A stretch of DNA of 64,000 nt from Candidatus Bathyarchaeota archaeon. Lineage in GTDB: Archaea > Thermoproteota > Bathyarchaeia > Bathyarchaeales > Bathycorpusculaceae. Shown in pieces: positions 38,575 to 48,052 of the stretch (position 1 is its first letter; every line of letters begins with the position of its first letter). The DNA lies in NCBI GenBank assembly GCA_963832745.1, contig CAWHVC010000004.1, forward strand, positions 128,001 through 192,000, written 5' to 3'. Below the pieces are notes generated by a model. The model was not told the DNA's origin, did no database searches, and worked only from the letters and a program-made list of their open reading frames with translations. A program made the translations under genes and the position numbers.

Positions 38575-40002
38575 TTAGGTCGTTTGATTCCAAAAGAAAA
38601 CGTCGTCGTATTTGCCTGCCACAGGGTGTGCCGGGTCATCGTAGACAATGTCAAGTTTTAAACCGTACCGGTCAAGCCTGCTCTGAAGTTGCGTCCAGAT
38701 TTGCTGTGAAGTGCCGTTTGCATCCCAAAGTCCCCAAACCGTGTCGTCGGGTCTGCGCATTCCCCACCCGTAATTGTTTGGCAAAACCAGCGCCGCCTCC
38801 GCTTCAATGCCCCCATGGATTACCGAAGGGTTTTGGACAACGTCATTCCAGAAACGCTCCAATGCCTCAAAGTGCTCTTCTTTCAAGGTGCCGTATGGGC
38901 CCCTCATGTCTTCTGCGTAATTAAAAATGACAACGTATTGCGCGCCAGCTTCGTAAGACGTTTTCATCTGCTCAAACATCTCATTTCCGCCTGTAAGGTA
39001 AGGCGCGTGCGTGTACTTCCAAGTAATAATTGTACCCCAATCTTTACCCTGCAAGTTTGCCGCTCCCCGCACCAAACCGATTTCCTGAGCAACGGTATTG
39101 TTCCAGCCCAACTCCGCCAGCAAAGTGTCGTAACCTCCTTTGTAATCAAACCAGTAAAGCGCATAATCCGCCGTCAAGAAATTGGTAAATGTGAAATTTG
39201 AGCTTCGGTCTTTTGCACGGCTAATTAGGGTATTGCATTGATCGATGTAGCTGTTGGAAGTTTCATTGATGGTTTGTAAAGGGCGACTGCTCAATAATTC
39301 TTCATATGTCTGCGCGATATTTGGCCATCCATTGGGAAACGTTGGTGGTTCACCAAGTGGATAAATAGTTGTGGTTGTTGCATTAGGATAATAAGTAATC
39401 AAAGCAACGTATGTTTCAAAAGGAATCTCGGTGGAATTTCCAGGTAAACTTAGTGATACTTGAGCAATTATTTTTCCATCTGGAAAATACTGAAGGGTAG
39501 TGTTTTCATCAATATAATAGCCTGTGATTGAACGGTCCGCCATTTTTCTATAGGATGACTTATTGTCTTGGAAGAATGGCATTTCTCCGTCTAACATTTT
39601 TCCTGCTGGTTCATCGTTGAAGTATATGCCTGCTAACTTGTTGCCCCAGTGTCCATCATATGATTTAAGCCATTGCTCCATGTAATATGCGCTGTCGCTG
39701 CCAAAGTAAACCATAATGTCCAGTCCAGCGTTAATGGCGTAGTCGCCTATCTCCGTAACCGCTGTTTTGTCTTTCATCAACGTGCCTGATTGTAGCACAA
39801 ATAGGTTGGTATAGTTGGCCACTTTGTCGATTAATGCTTTGGCGTCTTGGGTGCTGTTTCCACAGTAGGTTACGCCCACATGGAACGGTTTTTTTTCTTT
39901 GACGCTTTCGCCCAAGCTTGTGTAGCTAATGTAAGCAATTAATCCTGCTAATAGTAGAAAAATAATCGCTGCTGAGGGTACAATTTTTCTTTTCATAGGC
40001 AA
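38575..40002 (-). CDS. Membrane-anchored extracellular protein, paralogue A of a four-gene tandem array
   Basis: N-terminal TM; motifs VGVTY.GN, YTNLFVLQSG, DEP.GK.LD, DY.LYW.D...GYD..LAELGWN. Confidence 0.85.
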   Translation of the reverse strand: MPMKRKIVPSAAIIFLLLAGLIAYISYTSLGESVKEKKPFHVGVTYCGNSTQDAKALIDKVANYTNLFVLQSGTLMKDKTAVTEIGDYAINAGLDIMVYFGSDSAYYMEQWLKSYDGHWGNKLAGIYFNDEPAGKMLDGEMPFFQDNKSSYRKMADRSITGYYIDENTTLQYFPDGKIIAQVSLSLPGNSTEIPFETYVALITYYPNATTTTIYPLGEPPTFPNGWPNIAQTYEELLSSRPLQTINETSNSYIDQCNTLISRAKDRSSNFTFTNFLTADYALYWFDYKGGYDTLLAELGWNNTVAQEIGLVRGAANLQGKDWGTIITWKYTHAPYLTGGNEMFEQMKTSYEAGAQYVVIFNYAEDMRGPYGTLKEEHFEALERFWNDVVQNPSVIHGGIEAEAALVLPNNYGWGMRRPDDTVWGLWDANGTSQQIWTQLQSRLDRYGLKLDIVYDDPAHPVAGKYDDVFFWNQTT

Positions 40003-40003
40003 A

Positions 40004-40066
40004 CGCTTCTAAGATTGAGCATTTCACAAGTCGGGGTTTATTTATGTTTTCCAGAATCTGCCAGTT
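40004..40066. repeat. 63-bp identical upstream/promoter duplication (second copy 41644-41706)
   Basis: cgcttctaagattgagc...ccagaatctgccagtt is identical upstream of paralogues A and B. Confidence 0.95.
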
Positions 40067-40111
40067 AAGGGTAAAATTTTCAAGTGAGCAACGAAAAAGT
40101 GATCTGCTCTT

Positions 40112-41662
40112 TTATTCAAAAAAGTAGATGTTGGCATATTTGCCTGCTACAGGAAACGCTGGGTCGTCATAGACAATGTCTAGTTTTGTGCCGTATTGGT
40201 TCAGCTTGTTTTGTACTTGGTTCCAAATTTGGGTTGAAGTATCGTTTGATTCCCATATTCCCCAAATGATGTCGCTGGGGTTTCGCATGCCATAACCATA
40301 ATTTTTTGGTAAAACCAGTACAGCTTCAGCTTTAACGCATCCATAGGTGACCGCTGGGTTTTGGACTACCTCGTTCCAGAAACGTTCTAACGCCTGAAAA
40401 TGTTGCTCTTGTAGTGTACCGTAAGGCCCTGACATGTCTGCTGCATAATTGAATAACATAACGTATCGGGCTCCGTTTTCGTAAGAGGTTTTCATTTGTT
40501 CAAACAATTCGTCGCCGTCAGCAAGGTAGGGTGCATGGGTGTATTTCCATGTTAAGATTGTTCCCCAGTCTTTGCCCTGCAAATTGGCTGCCCCACGAAC
40601 TAAAGCGATTTCTTGGGTGACAGAATTGTTCCAGCCAAGTTCCCCAAGAACCATGTCGTATCCGCTCTTGCAATCCCACCAGTACAATCCATAATCAGCC
40701 GTAAAAACAGGGAATTCCCCTTTGCTTATGTTCCATTGATTCTTTAAATCGGCTACTGAGGCGCTGGTTTTGTTTACAAAGACTTCAGCGGCGCCGTCAC
40801 AGTCTGTTAGGGGGTTTTTGCTTGCCACTTGTTGATAAGTTTCTTCTTGGGCAATGCGGTTTGAGCCATTTTCCATTGTATAGAAATCATTTTTTAATGT
40901 TTCATCTGCTGAATCCCCTGCATTAATAGGAACATAGGAAAGACCGCCCGTGTACACTTTACTTGTTGAGTTTGTGATTGTTTCGCTTACTGTTATTGTA
41001 CCGTTTGGTTTGTATGTAGTCGTATTGGTGTTTCTTAACATGATCGGCATTGTTACTGATGAATTAGTTGGGTCTACACTGGAAGAAGTTTCTTCCACTC
41101 TTTGAACTACAATTGTGCCGTCAAGATAAAATGTTGCAACATACTTGTTTCCATCACGATAATTCACTAAGCCATTTTTATTTCTATCCAAGATTATTCC
41201 CCGCTCATTCGTGTAATAAATGTCTCCGTCAAGAAATTTACCTCCAGGTTCATCACCCAAATAGACGCCTGCAAACATGTCTCCCCACCGTTGCTTCGCT
41301 GTGCCTACCCATTCAGCCTTATCTGCAGAAGTTAAAACGTCAAAATAAGCAGCAAAATGCAGTCCTTTAGCAACAGCATAATCCCCTACCTCATTTACTG
41401 CTGTGGCATTATTTTTCAATACGCCTGACTGCAGGACAAACAGGTTAGTGTAGCTGGCAACTTTGTCGATTAGGGTTTTGGCGTCTTGGATGTTGTTTCC
41501 GCCGTAGGTTACGCCAACATAAAACGGTTTCTGCTGTTGGCTACTTTCACCTAAGCCTGTAAAACTGATGTATGCAATTAAACCTGCCAATAGTAGAAAA
41601 ATAATCACTGCTGAAAGCACAATTTTTCTTTTCATGGGACAATCGCTTCTAAGATTGAGCAT
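40112..41662 (-). CDS. Paralogue B of the tandem array (likely start ATG 41635)
   Basis: Same conserved motifs with a longer central insert. Confidence 0.85.
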   Translation of the reverse strand: MLNLRSDCPMKRKIVLSAVIIFLLLAGLIAYISFTGLGESSQQQKPFYVGVTYGGNNIQDAKTLIDKVASYTNLFVLQSGVLKNNATAVNEVGDYAVAKGLHFAAYFDVLTSADKAEWVGTAKQRWGDMFAGVYLGDEPGGKFLDGDIYYTNERGIILDRNKNGLVNYRDGNKYVATFYLDGTIVVQRVEETSSSVDPTNSSVTMPIMLRNTNTTTYKPNGTITVSETITNSTSKVYTGGLSYVPINAGDSADETLKNDFYTMENGSNRIAQEETYQQVASKNPLTDCDGAAEVFVNKTSASVADLKNQWNISKGEFPVFTADYGLYWWDCKSGYDMVLGELGWNNSVTQEIALVRGAANLQGKDWGTILTWKYTHAPYLADGDELFEQMKTSYENGARYVMLFNYAADMSGPYGTLQEQHFQALERFWNEVVQNPAVTYGCVKAEAVLVLPKNYGYGMRNPSDIIWGIWESNDTSTQIWNQVQNKLNQYGTKLDIVYDDPAFPVAGKYANIYFFE

Positions 41663-41742
41663 TTCACAAGTCGGGGTTTATTTATGTTTTCCAGAATCTG
41701 CCAGTTTAAGGTAAAATCTTCAGTGGAGCAAAGAAATAAGTG

Positions 41743-43239
41743 TTAAGTTATGTTCCAGAAGTAAATGTGTGAGTATTTGCCTGTTACAGGAAACGCTGGG
41801 TCATCATAAACTATGTCCAGTTTTATTCCGTATTGGTCAAGTTTGCTTTGTACTTGGTTCCAGATTTGGGTTGAAGTGGCGTTTGGTTCCCATATTCCCC
41901 AGATAACGTCGCTGGGGTTTCGCATGCCCCACCCGTAGTTTTCGGGCAAAACCAGCACTGCTTCCGCCTTATCGCTTCCGTGAATTTCTGCTGGGTTCTG
42001 GACAACTTCTTTCCAGAAGCGTTCGAGGGCTTGAAAATGCTCTTCCTGCAATGTACCGTAAGGTCCAGTCATATCTTCGGCATAATTGAATATAACAACA
42101 TAATCCGCTCCAGCCTTGTAGGAAGTTTTCATTTGGTCAAACATTTCAGCCCCATCAGTCAAATATGGCGCGTGAGTGTATTTCCAAGTGATTATTGTTC
42201 CCCAACTTTTTCCCTGCAAGTTGGCTGCTCCACGGGCCAAACTGATTTCTTGACTTACCGAATTGTTCCATGCAAGCTCAGCAAGAACCATGTCATAACC
42301 GCTCTGAAGGTCCCACCAGTAAAGTGCATAATCAGAAGTGAAAATCGGGAAAGACCTCCCCTTAAGGTTACGTTGCCTGATTAAACCATCTACAAAACCG
42401 CTGGTTTTGTCAACATAGAAGTTAGCCGCGGTGTTGTAGTCGCGTAAGGGGTTTTTGTCTTTCGCTTGTTGATAAGTTTCTAATTGAGCGATGATGTCTG
42501 AACCATTTTCCATTGTGTACCTACTGAAACTGACTATTTCCGAAGAAATGATGCCTATACCCCCTTTTGCTGTTTTTTTCTCGATCATTTCAAAAAAGGT
42601 TATTGTGCCGTCTGTCTTGTAGGTTGTCGAGTTGGTTACTACACTATAGGCGGCGATGAATGAGGGGTCGTTATTATTAGAAAACAATGTGGAACTAGTA
42701 GAGTTTGTTTTAGATACCGTTATTGTGCCATTTGGATAAAAACTTCTCGAAATATCAGTTTCATCTGTATTGACTGTGCCGTCTTGCCATTTTGTAACTG
42801 ACATATCTTCGCCTAAAACTAGCCAGGTAGTGTAACCGTCAAGCATTTTGCCTCCAGGTTCATCCTCATAATAGATTCCTGCAAACATTTTGCCCCACCG
42901 TTGCTCAGCAGCACTTATCCAGGTTGCATCTGAAATGCCGAAGGCTGAAGCAGCAGCGAAATGTAAACCTTTGGAGACTGCGTAATCGCCAATTTCGTTT
43001 ACGGCGGTATTGTTTCCTATTATTGTAAATCCTGATTGTACTACAAAGAGGTTGGTGTAGTTTGCTACTTTGTCTATTAGCAGTTTGGCGTCTTGCACAG
43101 TGTTTCCGCAGTAAGTTACGCCTACAAGGAAGGGTTTTTGCTCTTCGCCTTCACCGAAGTCTGTGTAGGCAACGAAGATTAGAGAGCTTACAAAGAGGAT
43201 GCAAATAATTGCTGATGAAAGAATTTCTTTTCGGGTCAC
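41743..43239 (-). CDS. Paralogue C of the tandem array
   Basis: Same conserved motifs. Confidence 0.85.
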   Translation of the reverse strand: MTRKEILSSAIICILFVSSLIFVAYTDFGEGEEQKPFLVGVTYCGNTVQDAKLLIDKVANYTNLFVVQSGFTIIGNNTAVNEIGDYAVSKGLHFAAASAFGISDATWISAAEQRWGKMFAGIYYEDEPGGKMLDGYTTWLVLGEDMSVTKWQDGTVNTDETDISRSFYPNGTITVSKTNSTSSTLFSNNNDPSFIAAYSVVTNSTTYKTDGTITFFEMIEKKTAKGGIGIISSEIVSFSRYTMENGSDIIAQLETYQQAKDKNPLRDYNTAANFYVDKTSGFVDGLIRQRNLKGRSFPIFTSDYALYWWDLQSGYDMVLAELAWNNSVSQEISLARGAANLQGKSWGTIITWKYTHAPYLTDGAEMFDQMKTSYKAGADYVVIFNYAEDMTGPYGTLQEEHFQALERFWKEVVQNPAEIHGSDKAEAVLVLPENYGWGMRNPSDVIWGIWEPNATSTQIWNQVQSKLDQYGIKLDIVYDDPAFPVTGKYSHIYFWNIT

Positions 43240-43328
43240 TGTGGTTCGCTTCTAAAGATAAGTGTTGTCTTGTTAAATAATTCTTTTCTATAAATCCCAT
43301 ATTTTTGGCAAAATAATGGAAAGGAAGG

Positions 43329-44900
43329 TTAAGTGTCATCCCAATAGTAAACATCAGCATACTTGCCTTCAACTGGATGGGCTTGGTCCTGATAGACTAT
43401 ATCTAGTTTAGTGCCATACTGCTCCAGTCTGTTTTGTAGCTGTGTCCATATTTGACTTGACGTAGCGTTTGGTTCCCATATTCCCCAAATGACGTCAGAT
43501 GGGTTACGCATCCCCCAGCCATAGTTGCAGGGTAAAACCAGTGTTGCTTCTGCTTTGATACCTCCCTGAATTACCTTAGGGTTTTGGACTACCTCGTTCC
43601 AAAAACGTTCTAATGCTTGAAAATGCTGTTCTTGCAGGGTTCCATATGGTCCTATGGCGTCTGCTGCATAGTTGAAAAGTATGACGTATTGGGCTCCGTT
43701 TTCATAGGAGGTTTTCATTTGGTTAAAAATTTCGTCACCGTCGGCAAGGTATGGAGCTTGAGTGTATTTCCATGTTAAGATTGTTCCCCAGTCTTTGCCT
43801 TGCAAATTGGCTGCTCCACGAACTAAAGCGATTTCTTGGGCAACAGTATTATTCCAGCCAAGTTCCGCAAGAACCATGTCATATCCGCTCTGGTAGTCCC
43901 ACCAGTAAAGACCATAATCGGCAGTAAAAATGGGAAAAGACCCTTGGCTCATATTTAATTGCAACTTTGAATTTGCTAATTTTGCTTTGGTTTGGTTTGT
44001 GAAGACGTTTGCGGCGCCGTTGCAGTCTGATATGGGGTTTTTGCTCATTGTTTGTTGGTAAGTTTCTTCTTGAGCAATACGCTTTGAGCCATTTTCCATT
44101 GTATAAAAGTCGTTATGTAATATTTCGAATGAATTTTCCCCAATTGGAATAGGCCAAATAATATGGTTCATACCATTTTCATCAGTTGAATTTGAATCTT
44201 GAGCTTTTTGGATAAAATTCTTGCCTGTCGAATTAGAAATTATTTCCTTTATTGTCATTGAACCATTTGGATCGTAAACAATCGTGTCGGCTGTAGTTAC
44301 TGTGTTCCATATTGTAATAGAAGAATTGTTTGGGTCAGTAATAGAGGTATCAATCGAGTTACTTCTCATTTTAATAATGGTGCCGTTTGGGTAAACATCA
44401 ACAGAAAATCCCGTATTGGGCTCATTGTAAGAGACTCTTCCATCTTCATTTTTTACAATAATGGAACTAGAATTTTCATAATTCAAGCAGATTGTGGTGC
44501 CATCAAGAAACTTTCCTGCTGGTTCATCATCATAATAGACTCCTGCAAACATGCTGCCCCACCGTTGCTCAGCAGTGCTTATCCATGTTGCATAAACAAC
44601 ATTGTAACTTGTAGTCGCAGCAAAGTGTAATCCTTTAGTTACTGCGTAATCCCCTATCTCGTTAATGGCTTGGTCGTTTTTAATTAGGGGTCCTGAATTG
44701 AGGACGAACAGGTTTGTGTAGTTGGAGACCTTGTCGATTAGGGTTTTAGCGTCTTGTACGTTGTTTCCGCCGTAGGTTACGCCTACAAGGAAGGGTTTTT
44801 GTTGTTCGCCTTCTCCAAAGTTTGCTTGACTGACAAATATTATTGAGCTTGCAAGGAGGATGCAAATGATGGCTGATGAAAGTGATTCTTTACGGTTCAA
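43329..44900 (-). CDS. Paralogue D of the tandem array
   Basis: Same conserved motifs. Confidence 0.85.
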   Translation of the reverse strand: MNRKESLSSAIICILLASSIIFVSQANFGEGEQQKPFLVGVTYGGNNVQDAKTLIDKVSNYTNLFVLNSGPLIKNDQAINEIGDYAVTKGLHFAATTSYNVVYATWISTAEQRWGSMFAGVYYDDEPAGKFLDGTTICLNYENSSSIIVKNEDGRVSYNEPNTGFSVDVYPNGTIIKMRSNSIDTSITDPNNSSITIWNTVTTADTIVYDPNGSMTIKEIISNSTGKNFIQKAQDSNSTDENGMNHIIWPIPIGENSFEILHNDFYTMENGSKRIAQEETYQQTMSKNPISDCNGAANVFTNQTKAKLANSKLQLNMSQGSFPIFTADYGLYWWDYQSGYDMVLAELGWNNTVAQEIALVRGAANLQGKDWGTILTWKYTQAPYLADGDEIFNQMKTSYENGAQYVILFNYAADAIGPYGTLQEQHFQALERFWNEVVQNPKVIQGGIKAEATLVLPCNYGWGMRNPSDVIWGIWEPNATSSQIWTQLQNRLEQYGTKLDIVYQDQAHPVEGKYADVYYWDDT

Positions 44901-45038
44901 ACTTGTGGCTCCTAAGTTGAAGCGTTGACTTGCGCTGCTTATTTATTTTTTCCAAAATCAAGGCTTTCAGTAAAAATTGCCAAAAAACTTATCTGACCAA
45001 CTAAACTATTAAATCTCTAAAATGTTCCTTGGAGGCCC

Positions 45039-45230
45039 TTGACTGTGAATAACGATAAGGTTGTGGGCAGTTGGAAGCGCAAGCAGACAAAAAAGGTTGT
45101 TAAGGCAGCTAAGAAGCCAATTTTCAGGCATCGAGAAATGAAGGGTACTGGTCTTCGTTGGGCCTCTCAAACTTTTCCTAACCGTGCAGGTATCCGAAAC
45201 ATGAAGAAACATGCCAAAAAAGAAAAGTAG
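45039..45230 (+). CDS. Small highly basic hypothetical protein
   Basis: 63 aa with 20 K/R. GGAGG at 45031-45035 and an AT-rich TATA-like stretch near 45007. Confidence 0.6.
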   Translation: MTVNNDKVVGSWKRKQTKKVVKAAKKPIFRHREMKGTGLRWASQTFPNRAGIRNMKKHAKKEK

Positions 45231-45286
45231 CCGCCTCGAAAATTTGGAAAAACCCTTTATACCGCCCTGATATATGATTATTTTAA

Positions 45287-45375
45287 GCAGTGTAAGTGGT
45301 TTCGCCTCAACGTATCGCCCAGATTGGCGGTAAAGTTGTTACGGGGCGGTCTATAGTTTGAAAAACTGCACAATA
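45287..45375 (+). ncRNA. Candidate structured small RNA (H/ACA-like hairpin)
   Basis: TTTATA at 45256-45261. Nested stems GCAGU/ACUGC, CGCCUC/GGGGCG, UAUCGCC/GGCGGUA. ACA directly follows the basal stem (45370-45372). Confidence 0.5.
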
Positions 45376-45455
45376 GTTAACAAGTTGTTCAGAGAATATT
45401 TATATTAGGCTTCACTGTTTTACTGCAAGGAAAAACTAAAAGGGACAAGAGCATC

Positions 45456-45920
45456 TTGACAACTCCTCATGACGTACCCGCATCCAAGTTCATCGATAGG
45501 TTAGCAAAGTACTTGAAAGAAAATGTCGATGAAGTTCAACCATTGCCATGGACAAGCGTAGCTAAAACAGGCATGCACGTTGAAAAACAGCCACAGAATC
45601 CAAACTGGTGGTATGTTCGCAGCGCATCTGTTCTGCGTAAAGTTTACATTCATGGTCCAATCGGCATAGAAGACCTAAGGGCTGATTATGGTGGAAGAAA
45701 AAACCGTGGCAGCAAACCTGACCGCGTAAAAAAATCTGGCGGAAGCAGCATCCGCAAAGTTCTCCAACAGCTCGAGGCAGCAGAATTAATCGTTACCAGC
45801 CGTCCAGAAGGAAGAAAAATGTCTCCAAAAGGACGCAAACTACTTCAAGAAGTTGCTGGTGACCTGCAGAAAGAAATGATAAAAACTGTCCCAGAGCTCA
45901 AGAAGTATCAAGGCGAATAA
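45456..45920 (+). CDS. rps19e: 30S ribosomal protein S19e
   Basis: WWYVRSASVLRKVY..GPIG...L...YGG, GSSIRKVLQQLE. Confidence 0.97.
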   Translation: MTTPHDVPASKFIDRLAKYLKENVDEVQPLPWTSVAKTGMHVEKQPQNPNWWYVRSASVLRKVYIHGPIGIEDLRADYGGRKNRGSKPDRVKKSGGSSIRKVLQQLEAAELIVTSRPEGRKMSPKGRKLLQEVAGDLQKEMIKTVPELKKYQGE

Positions 45921-45925
45921 GTAAG

Positions 45926-46255
45926 ATGTCAGATGACGAGCTTGAGAATATTCGGAAACGAAAACTTTTGTCTATGCAGAATCGCGTAAGCGATGAGCAA
46001 AGGCAAGCTCAAGCTGAAGATAAAATTGAAGCTCAGAAGCAGGCGTTGCTTAGGCAAATCCTGTCACCTGAAGCAAGACAACGGCTTAACAACCTGAAAA
46101 TGGTGCGAGCCGACTTCGCAGAGCAAATTGAACTGCAGCTGATCCAGATGGCTCAAATGGGCAAGTTGCCTATTCCGTTATCTGATGCTCAGCTTAAACA
46201 AATCCTGTTGCAGCTTCAATCACGCAAGCGAGAAACAAAAATTACAAGGATATGA
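45926..46255 (+). CDS. PDCD5-like DNA-binding protein
   Basis: DELENIRKRKL, LLRQILSPEARQRL, IELQLIQ. Confidence 0.93.
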   Translation: MSDDELENIRKRKLLSMQNRVSDEQRQAQAEDKIEAQKQALLRQILSPEARQRLNNLKMVRADFAEQIELQLIQMAQMGKLPIPLSDAQLKQILLQLQSRKRETKITRI

Positions 46256-46259
46256 GAGA

Positions 46260-46418
46260 ATGGCAAGAGTAAAACCAACCGCGAAAAAACGCCGATTAGC
46301 TAAAGCATCAAAGGAATCAACGTCTGTTCCAACATGGGTAGTCGCAAGAACTGACGGCAAAGTCAGAGTTACACCTAAACAAAGACGGAACTGGCGAACA
46401 AGAAAAATAAAGGCATAG
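46260..46418 (+). CDS. rpl39e: 50S ribosomal protein L39e
   Basis: MAR.K...KKRRLAKA, VPTWV...T, RRNWR; gene context. Confidence 0.92.
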   Translation: MARVKPTAKKRRLAKASKESTSVPTWVVARTDGKVRVTPKQRRNWRTRKIKA

Positions 46419-46433
46419 GAGAATTGACAATTA

Positions 46434-46901
46434 ATGGTTAACGCAAAAGAAGAACAGCAAACAGTTCAAGAAACCGAAGAATTAGCAGAAGCAATCGAAG
46501 AACCAGAGACTATACAAGAAGTTTTGCCAGAAGAAGCAGCACAGGAACCAACAGAAGCAGAAGCCAAAGTAGAAAAACCAAAAAAGAAAAAGAAAGACGA
46601 AGAAATCGTTGAAGAAAGAATATACACTATTCCACTTCAGAAAGCCTTGATTCGTCCACCAAAGAAACGTGCCCCACGCGCAATGCAGTTGGTTAAAATT
46701 TTCGTTGCAAAACACATGAAAATGGCTGTTACAGTTTCAGAAGATGAGGAAGAAGAAGAACTGCCTCATTTAATCATAACCCAAGAGGTTAACGAGAAAA
46801 TCTGGAGCAGAAGCATCGAGAAGCCACCACGCAAAATCCGTGTTCGCGTAACCAAGGACAAAGACGGAAACGTCACTGTTCACTTGGCAGAAGCCGAATA
46901 A
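46434..46901 (+). CDS. rpl31e: 50S ribosomal protein L31e with an acidic N-terminal extension
   Basis: ERIYTIPL, KRAPRA, VNEKIWSRSIEKPPRKIRVRV. Confidence 0.95.
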   Translation: MVNAKEEQQTVQETEELAEAIEEPETIQEVLPEEAAQEPTEAEAKVEKPKKKKKDEEIVEERIYTIPLQKALIRPPKKRAPRAMQLVKIFVAKHMKMAVTVSEDEEEEELPHLIITQEVNEKIWSRSIEKPPRKIRVRVTKDKDGNVTVHLAEAE

Positions 46902-46966
46902 ACGGCTTTCAAAAATTTCTTTCTTAACTTTTAATATTATTTTTTGGCAAACGCTATATTGCACAT

Positions 46967-47356
46967 TTGCTCAGTTTTAAATGCCAAAAGTTGATTCCGT
47001 TGAACAACACACGCTCAAGATTACCTTCCATATTAAACAACAGTTTTCAGCCAAAAAGCGCAGAGTACGCTTTTGAGTTGTTCCTTTGCGGTATGACCCA
47101 AAAGTCCTTGCAGACAATAAAAGCCGTTAAAACCGTTCTGGACCAACAATTGCCAAACTACAAACTTGAAGTTATTGACATATTCAAAAACCCCCGACGA
47201 ACCTGTCAAGAGCAAATCATGACTACGCCAACATTGATCAAAAAATCTCCGTTGCCCACGCGTAAAATTTCTGGAGATATAACAGGTAAGGACCGGATAC
47301 TTTGCGGTTTAAACATAAACCAAAAAAGGCAAGCGTTAGGAGCAGAAGAACCATGA
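46967..47356 (+). CDS. KaiB-like protein
   Basis: Y.FELFLCG.T.KS, YKLEVIDI.KNP, EQIMTTPTLIKKSPLPTRKISGD. Start uncertain. Confidence 0.85.
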   Translation: MLSFKCQKLIPLNNTRSRLPSILNNSFQPKSAEYAFELFLCGMTQKSLQTIKAVKTVLDQQLPNYKLEVIDIFKNPRRTCQEQIMTTPTLIKKSPLPTRKISGDITGKDRILCGLNINQKRQALGAEEP

Positions 47357-47856
47357 CTGAAACAAAAGAAATCCACAAGTTGAAACTGGAGATTGAGCAT
47401 TTGCAGGGGCGACTGCAAGAGTTAGAGGAAACCATGGCCAGTGTTTGCGGTGGTACGGCGGATGCAATAATTGTTTCAACAGTTGACGGTGAGAAAGTTT
47501 TCACCTTGATGACTGAGGAGCAGCCTTACCGGCTATTTGTGGAGCAGATGCTTCAGGGTGCAGTTATGCTTTCAGATGATGATACCATTCTTTACTGTAA
47601 CAAAGCCTTCGCGGGAATGGTGAAAGATAAAGCTGAAGTAGTAGTGGGCAAAAAACTCCAAACTTACGTATCCCAAAACCTGCATTGTGAGCTAAACATT
47701 TTTCTTACAAAAAATAGGCAAGAAAAAGTCCCTCAACAACAGAATTTACTTTTGCAAACAACAGACGGTTCCGCAGTTGACGTGCAGGTTTCAATTAGCA
47801 GGTTTGAGCAAAACGCTTTCAAAGGTTCCTGCCTGGTTTTTGTAAGTTGCCGCTAA
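47353..47856 (+). CDS. Coiled-coil plus single PAS domain protein, no output domain
   Basis: ATGA overlap with kaiB. RLQELEETM...DAIIV...GEKVFTL, YRLFVEQM.QGAV.L....ILYCN.AF. Confidence 0.8.
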   Translation: MTETKEIHKLKLEIEHLQGRLQELEETMASVCGGTADAIIVSTVDGEKVFTLMTEEQPYRLFVEQMLQGAVMLSDDDTILYCNKAFAGMVKDKAEVVVGKKLQTYVSQNLHCELNIFLTKNRQEKVPQQQNLLLQTTDGSAVDVQVSISRFEQNAFKGSCLVFVSCR

Positions 47857-48052
47857 ACCCAGCGTTGAGTGGTCCCTCTATGGGTGAAGCCTAAAAAAGC
47901 TTCGCTAATCCGCGAAGATTTAAATGTGTGAAACTTGACTTTACAATTCAAAGTGTATAGGCGGAAATAAATTTGCAAAGTTTATCTCAATCAAAACATT
48001 GGGTGAAGCTTTGCATGGTTTTACGCTAGAACAGTTTAAGGATTGATTAATC

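Noticed and set aside
38575-44900. Diversity-generating retroelement as the source of paralogue variation
   Set aside because: No reverse transcriptase in the window, and the mismatches I inspected between near-identical blocks are synonymous and not adenine-specific.
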